Source: a virus
Reading direction: 5' to 3' (one strand)
DNA length: 64,000 nt
Virus record (IMG/VR): IMGVR_UViG_3300028197_001221
Span: 32,001 to 96,000 of that record
In this document: positions 49,214 to 58,946 of the stretch, one piece after another
Numbering within the stretch: position 1 is the stretch's first letter
Layout: each line of letters starts with the position of its first letter
The notes under the pieces: generated by a model
Told to the model about the DNA's origin: nothing
What the model saw: the letters and a program-made list of their open reading frames with translations, nothing else
The model's database searches: none
Position numbers and translations under genes: made by a program

Positions 49214-52200
49214 ACGTGATACTCCTGTTGTGCGCTACCGTACCAATTTGTACCGTCTGAATAGAATGTGAGAATATCCATTCTGTTAGCGGTAGTGCTA
49301 ATTGTTGGAGCAACGTTGTCAGGGAATTTAACACCTGTAAATGTAGCAACAAAGCTACCAGCTCCTGTTTTAAGAAGCATTGTGAAACTTCTACCAGCAT
49401 CTGCTGTTGGCATTGTAAATGTACAATTACCATTTAATGTATATGTTTGTAAAGTACTATCACTAATATCTATAGTTTGTGCAGTACCAGTATTACCATT
49501 ATCTGTATGTGTTTCTTTATATCCAGTAACAATTAAGTCTGCATTGACAGTTAAGTTACCTGTCATTGTATCGCCAGTTTTGGAGAGATTAGAACTAGCT
49601 ACTGTAGCGCCATAAGCTATGTACTCAACAACATCTCCAGAAACTGCTGTGGATGTCAATGTGAACTGAGAACTACTGGTTACGTTATAGTCAGTACCGT
49701 CTACCAACTTAACACCATTTAGGAATACAGCCAAGTTAGAGCTAGTAAATGTGTCGCCTGTGTTGAATACGGTTTGATTACTTGTGACAGACACGCTACC
49801 TAAAGATGTATTACCAGTAGCACTTGTAGATGCGTTTAGAGCAACGTATTCTATCAAGTCACCATTAGTTGCTGCATTAGCAAGGGTGAATGTTGTTCCA
49901 CCTCCAGTTTCAGTGAAGTCATAAGAAGAACCTTTGAATAACTTAACACCATTCTGGTATACGTCTAGAGTGTTAGTATTATAACCACCACTAACTGTAA
50001 ACACTGAAGTGGAAGTAGTGACAACAAATGAACCTCTTATTAAATTGCCAGCCCCACCGCCTCCATTATTATCTACATAGTCTTTTACAGCAGCTGAAGT
50101 TGGGAGAGTGGTATCATTGTCGTTTGATGATATTCCTTCTGATTCTGTTATGATTGAAGATGCATTAAAGTCAGTTATATCAATGTTACTAGCGTGATCA
50201 TACAATATAGTGTTTAGAAAATTAACAATTTCTGGCGATGTGACATCATAAAATCCGGGCCAACACCAATCTAATTTAGAATCACCAGTTGCATCATAGA
50301 ATAAATAAGTTCTGTGCCTTTGTGTCGTAGTGGATGGTCCCATTCTGAAATCTTGATGATTGGAAAAGTTAATTCTAGCTCCAGTATCTAATCTATAAAC
50401 ACCTCCAACACCAGTACTTGTCGTCACTGGGTCGCTATGAGCATGTATAATTCCAATAGAAACACACCAAACATCCTGTGGCAAGCTTGTTAGACCGGCA
50501 GAGTGAAAGTATGGATTTGTACTAGAAACACCAGCCAAGGTTTCAGTTTGACCAGAAGCACTTCCACAACCGTGATAGAAACTACCATTTGTATTAGACC
50601 CCACTCGTCTAACATATACAATACTAATATATGTTTTTTCTGGATCTAACCCTTCAATGTCTTTATTCCAACCTCCATCCGCGCCACTATCAGTAGTGTT
50701 GTTTCTAGTCTTCCATATCAGACCCCTCATGCTATTTGGCAAATCTCCAAACTCACATGAATTTTCTCCGTTTCCACCGTTTCTGGAAAAATCTCCACCG
50801 TAATAGCCAGTTTGACTTTCAGTGCTTTCGGTCCAACCTTCTGATGTAGCGTAATTTAATCCATACCCAACAGCATTTCCAAATGATAAATTTCCAACCC
50901 CATCTGTTTGCAATAATTGATTTGCAAGGCCGTCAGACGTTGGTAATGTGTAATCACTATTAATTGTTAGTGATGCTAAATCATAACTACTTTCATATAA
51001 CTTTAAGGATCTAGATACAACATGAGATGTAACCACACTGCTTATATCAGAAGCAGCGACAATGCCAACATCCCAATTGTCAGCCCAATTGCTAAAGACA
51101 AGACCAGAGTGACCGCAGAATAGATTAGAAATAGAGACTTTTGGATATCTCCAAAGACTAGACGCTGCTTGATCTGTTCCATTTTTCCCATCTGAATAAT
51201 AAGATATCCATATAGCTTTATCACCATTTGCGTCTACACCAAAGCTAACTTTGTATTGATTATCAGTCGGACCATTGCTGTCCATTGTAACTTGGGTTCT
51301 AGTCCAATTAGTGGCTTGATATTCATATCCAGCAATCCTAAACTTAGCGACTCTTCCTTGTGTGTTATCTTCGTATTCATAAATATCTAAATCAAAAGCA
51401 ATCATAGTGCTAGCGTTTTTCACAGGCAGCTTGATCTTTATATAGCCCGTTACTGTAGAAGCAGAACTTCCTCCATACGTGCCACCTCCGGGGTATAAAA
51501 TATGCACACCGTCATCTGCCTTACCAATACCTCCACCAACTCCAGCGCTTGAAGATGATAAAATATTGCCACCGACTATATGCAGTTTTTCTGTTGGAGA
51601 AATCGTAGCAATTCCAAGATTACCACCCACTGCTTGTAATGATAAATTTCTTGCCCAGCTAGTACCGGGATCAACAGCTTGAATAGACGCAATATCATTT
51701 GCAGAATCTACTCCTAGTAACATTCCATGTGTTTCTGGACTGCCACCATCACTAATTTTTATAGCATATGTATTTTCAGAACTATATGTAGAATCTTCAT
51801 AAATATGTAATTTAGTAGCCGGACTATAATTTCCTCCCATGCCAACATTACCACCACCATACCCCATGACTATGTTGTCAGAAGTATAATGATTCAAAGA
51901 TATGTATTGTCCATTACTGTCTAATATAAGATATTGACTCGCGGAATCAGCTCCAGTTGCTCTAATAGAACTAGCGCCTGATCCTCTACCAAGTAACATT
52001 CCATGAGATGTTGTTGGTTCTATTCGCGTTGTACCAGAAACATCTAACGGGTAAGTGGGATTAAGAATATTAATACCAACGTTACCATTACTATACAAAA
52101 TATTAAAACTAGCCGTATCGTATGCAGGTCCAATCCAATAACGCGACAATACATCATCAGTACCATACCATCCATATCCACCACTGTTTGTACCGGATGA

Positions 52201-52884
52201 CCCCAAAGCATCATGGGAAAATTCCCAGCCACCAGTACTTGCTTTTTTTGAAGTAACTATATTACCGTCAGTAGATATTGTTACAGGTCGGTTGCTATCA
52301 ACTAATATGTCTCCTCCAGACACATGCAATTTTTTAGATGGCGAGGTAGTTCCGATACCAACGTTAGTGCCATTGTCATAAATAATTCCAGTACCAAGCA
52401 CAGTAGAACTAGTCCAACGGGCAGCATAGCTTGAAGCACCAGTTCCAGTAATCCCGCCACCGCCACTAACCCCGCTCCAAGCAACCTGATTAGAGCCAGA
52501 ATAAACAAGACTATCACCAACATTTCCAGCTCCAGTAGGAAACGTATATTGACCGTTAACATTTATTTCATCTGCACTAAAATCCCCATTAACGTCTAGC
52601 TTAAAAAGCGGCGAGGAGGTTCCAATCCCCATGTTACCATTTTTATCAATCCTAACTCGTTCAACAGCGGCAGCGGCATCTGCCGCAGATGTAGAGAAAA
52701 CCAGTGCGGCTGGATTTGAAGAGCTAGTGAACGCTCCTTCAGCTACAGAATTCATTGAGCCGACTATATAGGTAGATGCTGCACCGTCAGACTCTGCCGG
52801 AACAGCGTAGTTAATTCTACCTATTATATCGCCAGCGGTAATGACATTATCACCACCAGCGTTCTGTAATGTTAAACTATACAT
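49210..52884 (-). CDS. Long tail fibre protein
   Basis: Several GNVGIGTxxP...L(D/H)V repeats, interspersed globular domains and duplicated NGVKL modules. Confidence 0.8.
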   Translation of the reverse strand: MYSLTLQNAGGDNVITAGDIIGRINYAVPAESDGAASTYIVGSMNSVAEGAFTSSSNPAALVFSTSAADAAAAVERVRIDKNGNMGIGTSSPLFKLDVNGDFSADEINVNGQYTFPTGAGNVGDSLVYSGSNQVAWSGVSGGGGITGTGASSYAARWTSSTVLGTGIIYDNGTNVGIGTTSPSKKLHVSGGDILVDSNRPVTISTDGNIVTSKKASTGGWEFSHDALGSSGTNSGGYGWYGTDDVLSRYWIGPAYDTASFNILYSNGNVGINILNPTYPLDVSGTTRIEPTTSHGMLLGRGSGASSIRATGADSASQYLILDSNGQYISLNHYTSDNIVMGYGGGNVGMGGNYSPATKLHIYEDSTYSSENTYAIKISDGGSPETHGMLLGVDSANDIASIQAVDPGTSWARNLSLQAVGGNLGIATISPTEKLHIVGGNILSSSSAGVGGGIGKADDGVHILYPGGGTYGGSSASTVTGYIKIKLPVKNASTMIAFDLDIYEYEDNTQGRVAKFRIAGYEYQATNWTRTQVTMDSNGPTDNQYKVSFGVDANGDKAIWISYYSDGKNGTDQAASSLWRYPKVSISNLFCGHSGLVFSNWADNWDVGIVAASDISSVVTSHVVSRSLKLYESSYDLASLTINSDYTLPTSDGLANQLLQTDGVGNLSFGNAVGYGLNYATSEGWTESTESQTGYYGGDFSRNGGNGENSCEFGDLPNSMRGLIWKTRNNTTDSGADGGWNKDIEGLDPEKTYISIVYVRRVGSNTNGSFYHGCGSASGQTETLAGVSSTNPYFHSAGLTSLPQDVWCVSIGIIHAHSDPVTTSTGVGGVYRLDTGARINFSNHQDFRMGPSTTTQRHRTYLFYDATGDSKLDWCWPGFYDVTSPEIVNFLNTILYDHASNIDITDFNASSIITESEGISSNDNDTTLPTSAAVKDYVDNNGGGGAGNLIRGSFVVTTSTSVFTVSGGYNTNTLDVYQNGVKLFKGSSYDFTETGGGTTFTLANAATNGDLIEYVALNASTSATGNTSLGSVSVTSNQTVFNTGDTFTSSNLAVFLNGVKLVDGTDYNVTSSSQFTLTSTAVSGDVVEYIAYGATVASSNLSKTGDTMTGNLTVNADLIVTGYKETHTDNGNTGTAQTIDISDSTLQTYTLNGNCTFTMPTADAGRSFTMLLKTGAGSFVATFTGVKFPDNVAPTISTTANRMDILTFYSDGTNWYGSAQQEYHV

Positions 52885-52885
52885 A

Positions 52886-54469
52886 TTACATTATATACCA
52901 ATTTGATCCATCGCTACAAAATCTTAAAGTTTCATATATGTGATACAGTTGAAAGCTAGTAGATCCATCTATTGTATCAGATCCTTTTCTTTCAATAGTC
53001 ACAGTATTGCTGCTACTGTCTACTCTCTTGACAGTAAAAATTCTTCCTTCGTCTCCGTTTTCTGGTAACTTGACTGTGACATTTCCAAAGACAGCATTGA
53101 CTAAAGTAACATCATGATCCAATGGGTCTTTACTGGACGTAACAGTTTCTACACTTCTGTGTCTTTGAGTCTCAGTAATACCACCGTTTTTAACTCTTAC
53201 AGCGCCAGTACCATTAGTGTTACTTAACTCAACAGTAGTATCATCTACAGTTACTTCTACTTCATCAGCATTAACTGTAATACCATCACCACCAATAACA
53301 TCAAGAGTGTGCGAACCAGTAATAGCTCCACCACCCACCATCCCAGCACCACCATTAATTTGAATGTTACCATGATTAATATGTTCGTTGGCAACAAAGT
53401 TTAGCAACAAGTCATGATTAATTTCATTATGGTCGAGGCCAAAATCAATCTCATTGGCTGAAGAATTTACTGTAATGTTTATTCCTGAACCAGCATCGAA
53501 TTCAAGAGTCTCACCGTCTGAAATAATTTGAGTGTTATTTGTATCACTGATTGTGAAAGAACTCATAGCTCCAAGGCCACTAACAAAATTAGTCCTATTG
53601 ATTTTCTTCAACGCACTGGCTGAATCATCATAAAGTAAAATGTAGTCATCCGTAGATCCATCGTGAGCGCCACTATATTCAGTTTGACCAGTAATAGCGG
53701 TTGTATCTAAGGACACAGGAAGAGAAATATTGGTGCTGCCATCTAAAGCCACAGCAGAGTTTGTCGTAACCTGTCCTGTAAGCGTAATATCTATAGAATT
53801 TTCCCACTTACTAGCCGTATCTGCATTACCAACAACATCACCAGTAAACACAGCGTCTGAACCACTAGTTCCATTTTCAAGGATCTTACTGGTTCCATTA
53901 CCGGCGTATATGTCTCCCATAAAATTAGCTTCAATCATACCAGTAGAACCGCTGACAGTTTCACTGCTAATTGTTGCGTCAGGAACAAAAGTAAAGCGAC
54001 CAGTACTGTCATCAAAACCAAAGAAACCAGTTTTGGCAGTAGTGTCATAATAATTAAACGACACACCGCGATCTTTATTATCATCAGCAGTAGGAGTTCC
54101 ACTACCAAGAACAATGATAGGATCTTCTACAGTAATTGTTGTAGAGTTAACAGTAGTAGTCGTTCCATGAACTGTTAAGTCTCCGTCAACGACAACATCG
54201 CCTTGGGCTGCTATATCGCCACCAACGCTAAAGTCTAAGTCAACTGCAAGATCATATTTGAGGCTAACATCTCCGTTAGATGCAATAGTTATTGCGTCTT
54301 CAGTTGTTACACTGCCAATCTGACCACCATCATCGACGGTTAAATTGCTAGCGTGTAAAACTCCACCACCAATTGTGAAATTAGTGCTGGAATCATATAC
54401 CGGATCAGCGGTACTAGTTCCGAAAAACAAGATACCGCTAGGATTTCTTTCGTGTGGTCTATATGCCAT
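52886..54469 (-). CDS. Tail fibre-like protein
   Basis: V.GDLTV.GTTTTVNST, DRG..F.Y...GFFGFD and a C-terminal LP....GR.F.VK.VD...TIDG domain. Confidence 0.75.
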   Translation of the reverse strand: MAYRPHERNPSGILFFGTSTADPVYDSSTNFTIGGGVLHASNLTVDDGGQIGSVTTEDAITIASNGDVSLKYDLAVDLDFSVGGDIAAQGDVVVDGDLTVHGTTTTVNSTTITVEDPIIVLGSGTPTADDNKDRGVSFNYYDTTAKTGFFGFDDSTGRFTFVPDATISSETVSGSTGMIEANFMGDIYAGNGTSKILENGTSGSDAVFTGDVVGNADTASKWENSIDITLTGQVTTNSAVALDGSTNISLPVSLDTTAITGQTEYSGAHDGSTDDYILLYDDSASALKKINRTNFVSGLGAMSSFTISDTNNTQIISDGETLEFDAGSGINITVNSSANEIDFGLDHNEINHDLLLNFVANEHINHGNIQINGGAGMVGGGAITGSHTLDVIGGDGITVNADEVEVTVDDTTVELSNTNGTGAVRVKNGGITETQRHRSVETVTSSKDPLDHDVTLVNAVFGNVTVKLPENGDEGRIFTVKRVDSSSNTVTIERKGSDTIDGSTSFQLYHIYETLRFCSDGSNWYIM

Positions 54470-54499
54470 TTTTTTGTCTCCATATCGTGCGGGTTACTA

Positions 54500-54512
54500 A
54501 TATTATATACAC
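54500..54512 (-). promoter_or_regulatory. Putative late promoter GTGTATATAATAT
   Basis: Intergenic GTGTATA overlapping the upstream TAG. Confidence 0.6.
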
Positions 54513-55207
54513 TATAAAATATGCCAATCATCTCCGTCTGAGAAGCAAGAAATTGACTCATTTTTATGATGTAATGTGTGTAAAGTTGTACTGTCTAAAT
54601 TATCTAAAACCTGTGGTGTAATAAAACATTTATATTGACTTGATGTAAATTTAAAGGTAACTGTCTTCCCCTCCATAGCAGAGGCAAAAGGTAAGGTAAC
54701 TGATATGTCACCAGATAAAACTGTTATGATTACGACATCAACAGTAGTTGCTAGCCCTTGAGTTGTATTAATGCTAATGTGAGATCTAGTAGAATCTCCC
54801 CCTCCATTGTCACCACCAGAGGATGCTGTTGCTTGAGTTGTACCATCTGGAAATTTAACTCCAGCGTAAGAAGAATCAAAAGATTTAATAAATCCAGACT
54901 CATCTAGTATAGAGTGTTTAGCAGCTGGGTATGTGACAAAAACTGTTGACACACCCTCTAGGTTTATTTTGTTAGTGCCATCACTACTGACGAGAACTAA
55001 GTCTCTAGATAAACTGTCTGTGGAGCTATTATATGTACCAAGCCCTATCTCGAATTCAGTAAATGTTTCTATAGAATAGTACGTGGAGTTGCCATCTCCA
55101 ATCGCTATTGCAAACGATTGAAAGCTAGGCAGCGTACTGTTAAAAACTACGTCGCCAGTTCCAGTTGTAACAGAGGTTTGTTTTACTCTATCTGCTAATT
55201 TGAACAT
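54512..55207 (-). CDS. Fibre-like protein with an ADRVKQT N-terminal domain
   Basis: Shares its N-terminal domain with 40605..42308 and its C-terminal domain type with 52886..54469. Confidence 0.7.
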   Translation of the reverse strand: MFKLADRVKQTSVTTGTGDVVFNSTLPSFQSFAIAIGDGNSTYYSIETFTEFEIGLGTYNSSTDSLSRDLVLVSSDGTNKINLEGVSTVFVTYPAAKHSILDESGFIKSFDSSYAGVKFPDGTTQATASSGGDNGGGDSTRSHISINTTQGLATTVDVVIITVLSGDISVTLPFASAMEGKTVTFKFTSSQYKCFITPQVLDNLDSTTLHTLHHKNESISCFSDGDDWHIL

Positions 55208-55671
55208 TTAGTCTGTTTTCTTTCTGCTCTAGCTATAGCAAGATCTATTAATTTACTACCAAAAAATTTGACAAAGGGTAATTTTCTTTTTTTAGCTTCA
55301 TAAGCCAACCAAGATAATATAAGATCCTTATTTTCTCTACACCATTGAGTTCCATTATCATTCATGATTTTGGCTTTTTGATTACATGAGCAGTTGGGAC
55401 TAGCTTTAATATTCATATATGATAACATTTTTTTTAATTCATAACCAGCGCCAAATTCTTCTTCTTTAATTATGTCCTTATTATTTCTAGGATGATCAGG
55501 AACTTGAACTATATGATTACTTTTAGGATGCGGATACAGTTTATGTTCAACGTCAATAATCCATAAATCATCAAGTTGATCTACAACACATCCCATGACT
55601 TCCTCTAAAGTGTAGCCTCTTTGTAAGCATCTTTCTTTTAAGAACTCTGATTTAACAGTAAGTAATTTCAT
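55195..55671 (-). CDS. Cys-containing hypothetical phage protein
   Basis: RC..RGYTLEEVM.CVV and G.G.ELKK.L...NCSCN..A..M...G..WC motifs. Confidence 0.7.
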   Translation of the reverse strand: MKLLTVKSEFLKERCLQRGYTLEEVMGCVVDQLDDLWIIDVEHKLYPHPKSNHIVQVPDHPRNNKDIIKEEEFGAGYELKKMLSYMNIKASPNCSCNQKAKIMNDNGTQWCRENKDLILSWLAYEAKKRKLPFVKFFGSKLIDLAIARAERKQTKCSN

Positions 55672-55680
55672 TTTAAAATC

Positions 55681-58600
55681 CTATCCAGTATGAGCCGAAG
55701 TTGGTGGGTCAAATTCTCCATCGTATATAATTGCTGCACTTAATCTTACGTCATCATAATAAGCACAGTGAGAGTATGCCGAGTTAATTGGATCGTCGTA
55801 TTCTAGGCTGTAATGATCAATGCCTAAAGTAAATGTTCCATAACCTAAAGCTGGGTCATAATCACTTCCTAAATATGAATATTTATCGTTAGGAATTGTT
55901 TGGATGCCATGAAAAAAGTCGTTACCTCCCACTCCATCATGTTTAACAGTTATATGTAGAGTAGGATTGTGCGTAAACACTTCTGCTCCGTCTAGGTACA
56001 TAGTTACAAAGTTGGAACCTTCAGCATCTACAGATAGTGCTATATGATGCCAATCTTCATCATTTAAATATACTGAAGTTGGTATAGAATACGAATCCAT
56101 GCCTCTGAAAGAGATGCCATGAGATGTGGGCCTATTGCCAAACGAAGCTAAAAATTCATTTGGTGTCTCTGGATTAATTATATTGTAGTAAGGACTTTGT
56201 ACATGCCGAAATATTGTTTCTACCTCTCTAGGAACTGCGTCATTAGGAGCAGAGGGGTCAATACGTCTTAAATCCTTAACGCTAGTATGATCATTATAAA
56301 TAAGCCTAAACCCAAGACTTGGAACATATTGTCCTTTAATGCTAAACTTAGTATATGCATGTCTCTCATCATCATAAGGAATCAAAGTATTATATATGCT
56401 TGAGCCATCACCCCTACCAGTATCACCTGTGTGGGAGTAAGAATAAGACTCGTTTCCATTAAATGGGAAAGTTGAAGTAAAATCCTTTGTGTGCGCACAA
56501 ATCAATTCACATAGATTGACTATATCAAACTGGCTGTCACTCTCCCAATCGCTTTGATAATTTTCGCTTAACTTGAACCAAAACTCAAAAGTGAAAGCAG
56601 TTTTTCCATCTTTGTGTAAAGGAACAGGGGGGGCAAGAATCTCCTCAGAGTAACCTTGATCATATATCTGTACTCCTTCAAGATATTTCCAGCCATATAT
56701 GTAAGAATAATATTCATCATTTTCATAGTACTGTTCACGATAATTATCTTTTGGGCAAGCAAATTCGTATTCAGAAAGATAAAGTCCAGAATTTCCGAAC
56801 TTAGAAACGTTAAGATTATAATCTGTAAAGCCACCAACATAATCTTCTGACGATGTAAGCCCGCCGTCGCCAGTGATAAGTCTCGCTGGAAGATTTCTAG
56901 GTCCAACATCTTCTGTTATTTGACTTCCACTAGGCCAGTACGGATAAAAGCTTCTAGTTACTTCCTGACCATTTTCTAAATTTGTAATATTGAGATACGA
57001 ACTGTCATCCTCATCTAGTAACCTCCAAGATTCAAAGTTGTATATAAATACAGTATTAGGATTGTAAAAACCATAAACTCCAGTATTATAAATACTGTCA
57101 ACTACAATAGGGACTCCCTCCACAGTATGGTGAATGACTTCAAATTTTGTAATCGCAGCTACCTTTAACTCGTAATCTCCAGAAGGTACAGTGTCAGAAG
57201 TTTTAAAACTAAGAAGATTATTAGTTTTAATAGGGTCTGTGAAATCACCATCTGGTAATAATCTATAGGAAAATACATAATCACTTACAGGACAAAAGCC
57301 ATCATCTAAAGGCGAGTACCAAGAACCGCTCATCTCTACAAAAGAATTGGGTTCACCATCCAGCAAAGTGTAAGATACTCCAGTTGGCGCAGAGGGTGGA
57401 AAGGCCATTAAGGAATAACCAGTTGCAGCTACACTGTTACCAACCTCGTTTACACCTTCAACAGTAAATTCATATTGTTCACAACTCGAAAAAGGTCCAG
57501 TAATTGAAACGCTAGTTTCAACGTCTGAATAAGTATCAGTTACGTAATCTTGGTTGGAACCACTAGGTCTGTATTTAATTACATGAGAAAGTAAAGGCTG
57601 GTCTGGACTTGAAAATGCTTCCCAATCCAAATTATAACCTCTGCCTGAAGATGTTCTAAAAGGAAAAAGACTGAAATTCAAAATAGTGGGTGGATCATTG
57701 GCAACCGTTTTACCAAGAACAGAGTTATGACCAAGTACACTTGAGCCTTTTATTCCAAAATAATTTTTAGAAAAAACAGAATATTGTATATTAACACCGT
57801 CATATTCAAAAGATACAGGTTGGAAATAACTAGTAACAGAAGGTTCAACGCCAGTATTAACAATAGTGGTTTCATCGTCCCAAAACTTACCCCCATCAGG
57901 GAGTTTGCCAACAATGTGGTATCCTGTTATGTCTGAGTTTCCATCATAAACAGGCGGCTCCCAAGACAAAAATACTTTTCTGAAATCTCCACTAGATTCT
58001 ACATTTGTCACAGCGTTGGGTGGTTCAAAGTATTTAGGAGCAAGGGTCGTAGTCGTAGTTGTAGTAGGGTCAGGGAAATCAAAGAAAATAGAATCACTAT
58101 ATATTTTATTAGGTTCAATTAACAAAAGTCTGTAATAATAATCTTTTTCTTTTGGCTCTCTAATAAATACTGTCTTATTAGATAGAGACTCTTGCAAGTC
58201 CGTATGCCTAACCCAATCTGTTCCTTCTTCTTTTCTTTCCCACCAATATGTAAATGATGAGCCTCCAATAATACTTATATCAGATTCTACTCTATAATAA
58301 TCAATATCATCTGATGTCTTAATAGTCGGCTGTCTATCTATTATTGTTCTATTTACAACTACTGGTGCAGGAGTAGTTGTTGTAATAGGATCTGGAGGAA
58401 CAACGTAAAAATCAGTCAAAGGGAGACATAGGACATCATATCCACTAACAGATACATTTTCTGGAAGGTGATCACAACAAGGATTAGAACCAGAGTCGCA
58501 TAGGCTATTAAACTCTATTCTTAAAGATAAGCCCTCTAAATTAATAGAAGGAGAACACGGCTCCAATATTATAGATGGATACTCGTACAAACTGTCTGAT

Positions 58601-58944
58601 GGCATGATTGAAATATCATCTAGACGACCAATAATTTTTTGGGCGAGAAGAGTATTATTTTTAGTTTCATATATCTTAACTTGTATAGAATTCTCAACTA
58701 TCCAAGGTCCACAAGTGCCAGACTCTTGGTCGCAATATATAACATATTTATCTACAGATATGTTTTTTGTTATTTCAGAAGAAGCCGTTGTGAATGATGA
58801 GCCTGCTGATATCTGCACAGCTTGATTGTGGATTAAAGGATAGTCAATATTACTAGAATCAGAAATTAATCCAATTCTAAGACTTGCGGGAATTCTTATG
58901 TTTCCGCAAATAACTTCTGAAAATGATGTTTTAAAATGTTTCAT
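55681..58944 (-). CDS. FN3-repeat and LamG-like virion protein
   Basis: FN3-like LSWEPP..DGNSDITGY, YEFTVEGVNEVG and YELKVAAI. LamG-like FTFEFWF...WHHIA...DDVRL. Thr/Pro linkers. Confidence 0.75.
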   Translation of the reverse strand: MKHFKTSFSEVICGNIRIPASLRIGLISDSSNIDYPLIHNQAVQISAGSSFTTASSEITKNISVDKYVIYCDQESGTCGPWIVENSIQVKIYETKNNTLLAQKIIGRLDDISIMPSDSLYEYPSIILEPCSPSINLEGLSLRIEFNSLCDSGSNPCCDHLPENVSVSGYDVLCLPLTDFYVVPPDPITTTTPAPVVVNRTIIDRQPTIKTSDDIDYYRVESDISIIGGSSFTYWWERKEEGTDWVRHTDLQESLSNKTVFIREPKEKDYYYRLLLIEPNKIYSDSIFFDFPDPTTTTTTTLAPKYFEPPNAVTNVESSGDFRKVFLSWEPPVYDGNSDITGYHIVGKLPDGGKFWDDETTIVNTGVEPSVTSYFQPVSFEYDGVNIQYSVFSKNYFGIKGSSVLGHNSVLGKTVANDPPTILNFSLFPFRTSSGRGYNLDWEAFSSPDQPLLSHVIKYRPSGSNQDYVTDTYSDVETSVSITGPFSSCEQYEFTVEGVNEVGNSVAATGYSLMAFPPSAPTGVSYTLLDGEPNSFVEMSGSWYSPLDDGFCPVSDYVFSYRLLPDGDFTDPIKTNNLLSFKTSDTVPSGDYELKVAAITKFEVIHHTVEGVPIVVDSIYNTGVYGFYNPNTVFIYNFESWRLLDEDDSSYLNITNLENGQEVTRSFYPYWPSGSQITEDVGPRNLPARLITGDGGLTSSEDYVGGFTDYNLNVSKFGNSGLYLSEYEFACPKDNYREQYYENDEYYSYIYGWKYLEGVQIYDQGYSEEILAPPVPLHKDGKTAFTFEFWFKLSENYQSDWESDSQFDIVNLCELICAHTKDFTSTFPFNGNESYSYSHTGDTGRGDGSSIYNTLIPYDDERHAYTKFSIKGQYVPSLGFRLIYNDHTSVKDLRRIDPSAPNDAVPREVETIFRHVQSPYYNIINPETPNEFLASFGNRPTSHGISFRGMDSYSIPTSVYLNDEDWHHIALSVDAEGSNFVTMYLDGAEVFTHNPTLHITVKHDGVGGNDFFHGIQTIPNDKYSYLGSDYDPALGYGTFTLGIDHYSLEYDDPINSAYSHCAYYDDVRLSAAIIYDGEFDPPTSAHTG

Positions 58945-58946
58945 AT

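Noticed and set aside
42318-52884. Possible diversity-generating retroelement target or template among the fibre paralogs
   Set aside because: No reverse transcriptase is present, and I saw no near-identical DNA repeat differing only at adenines. The paralogs are diverged at the protein level.
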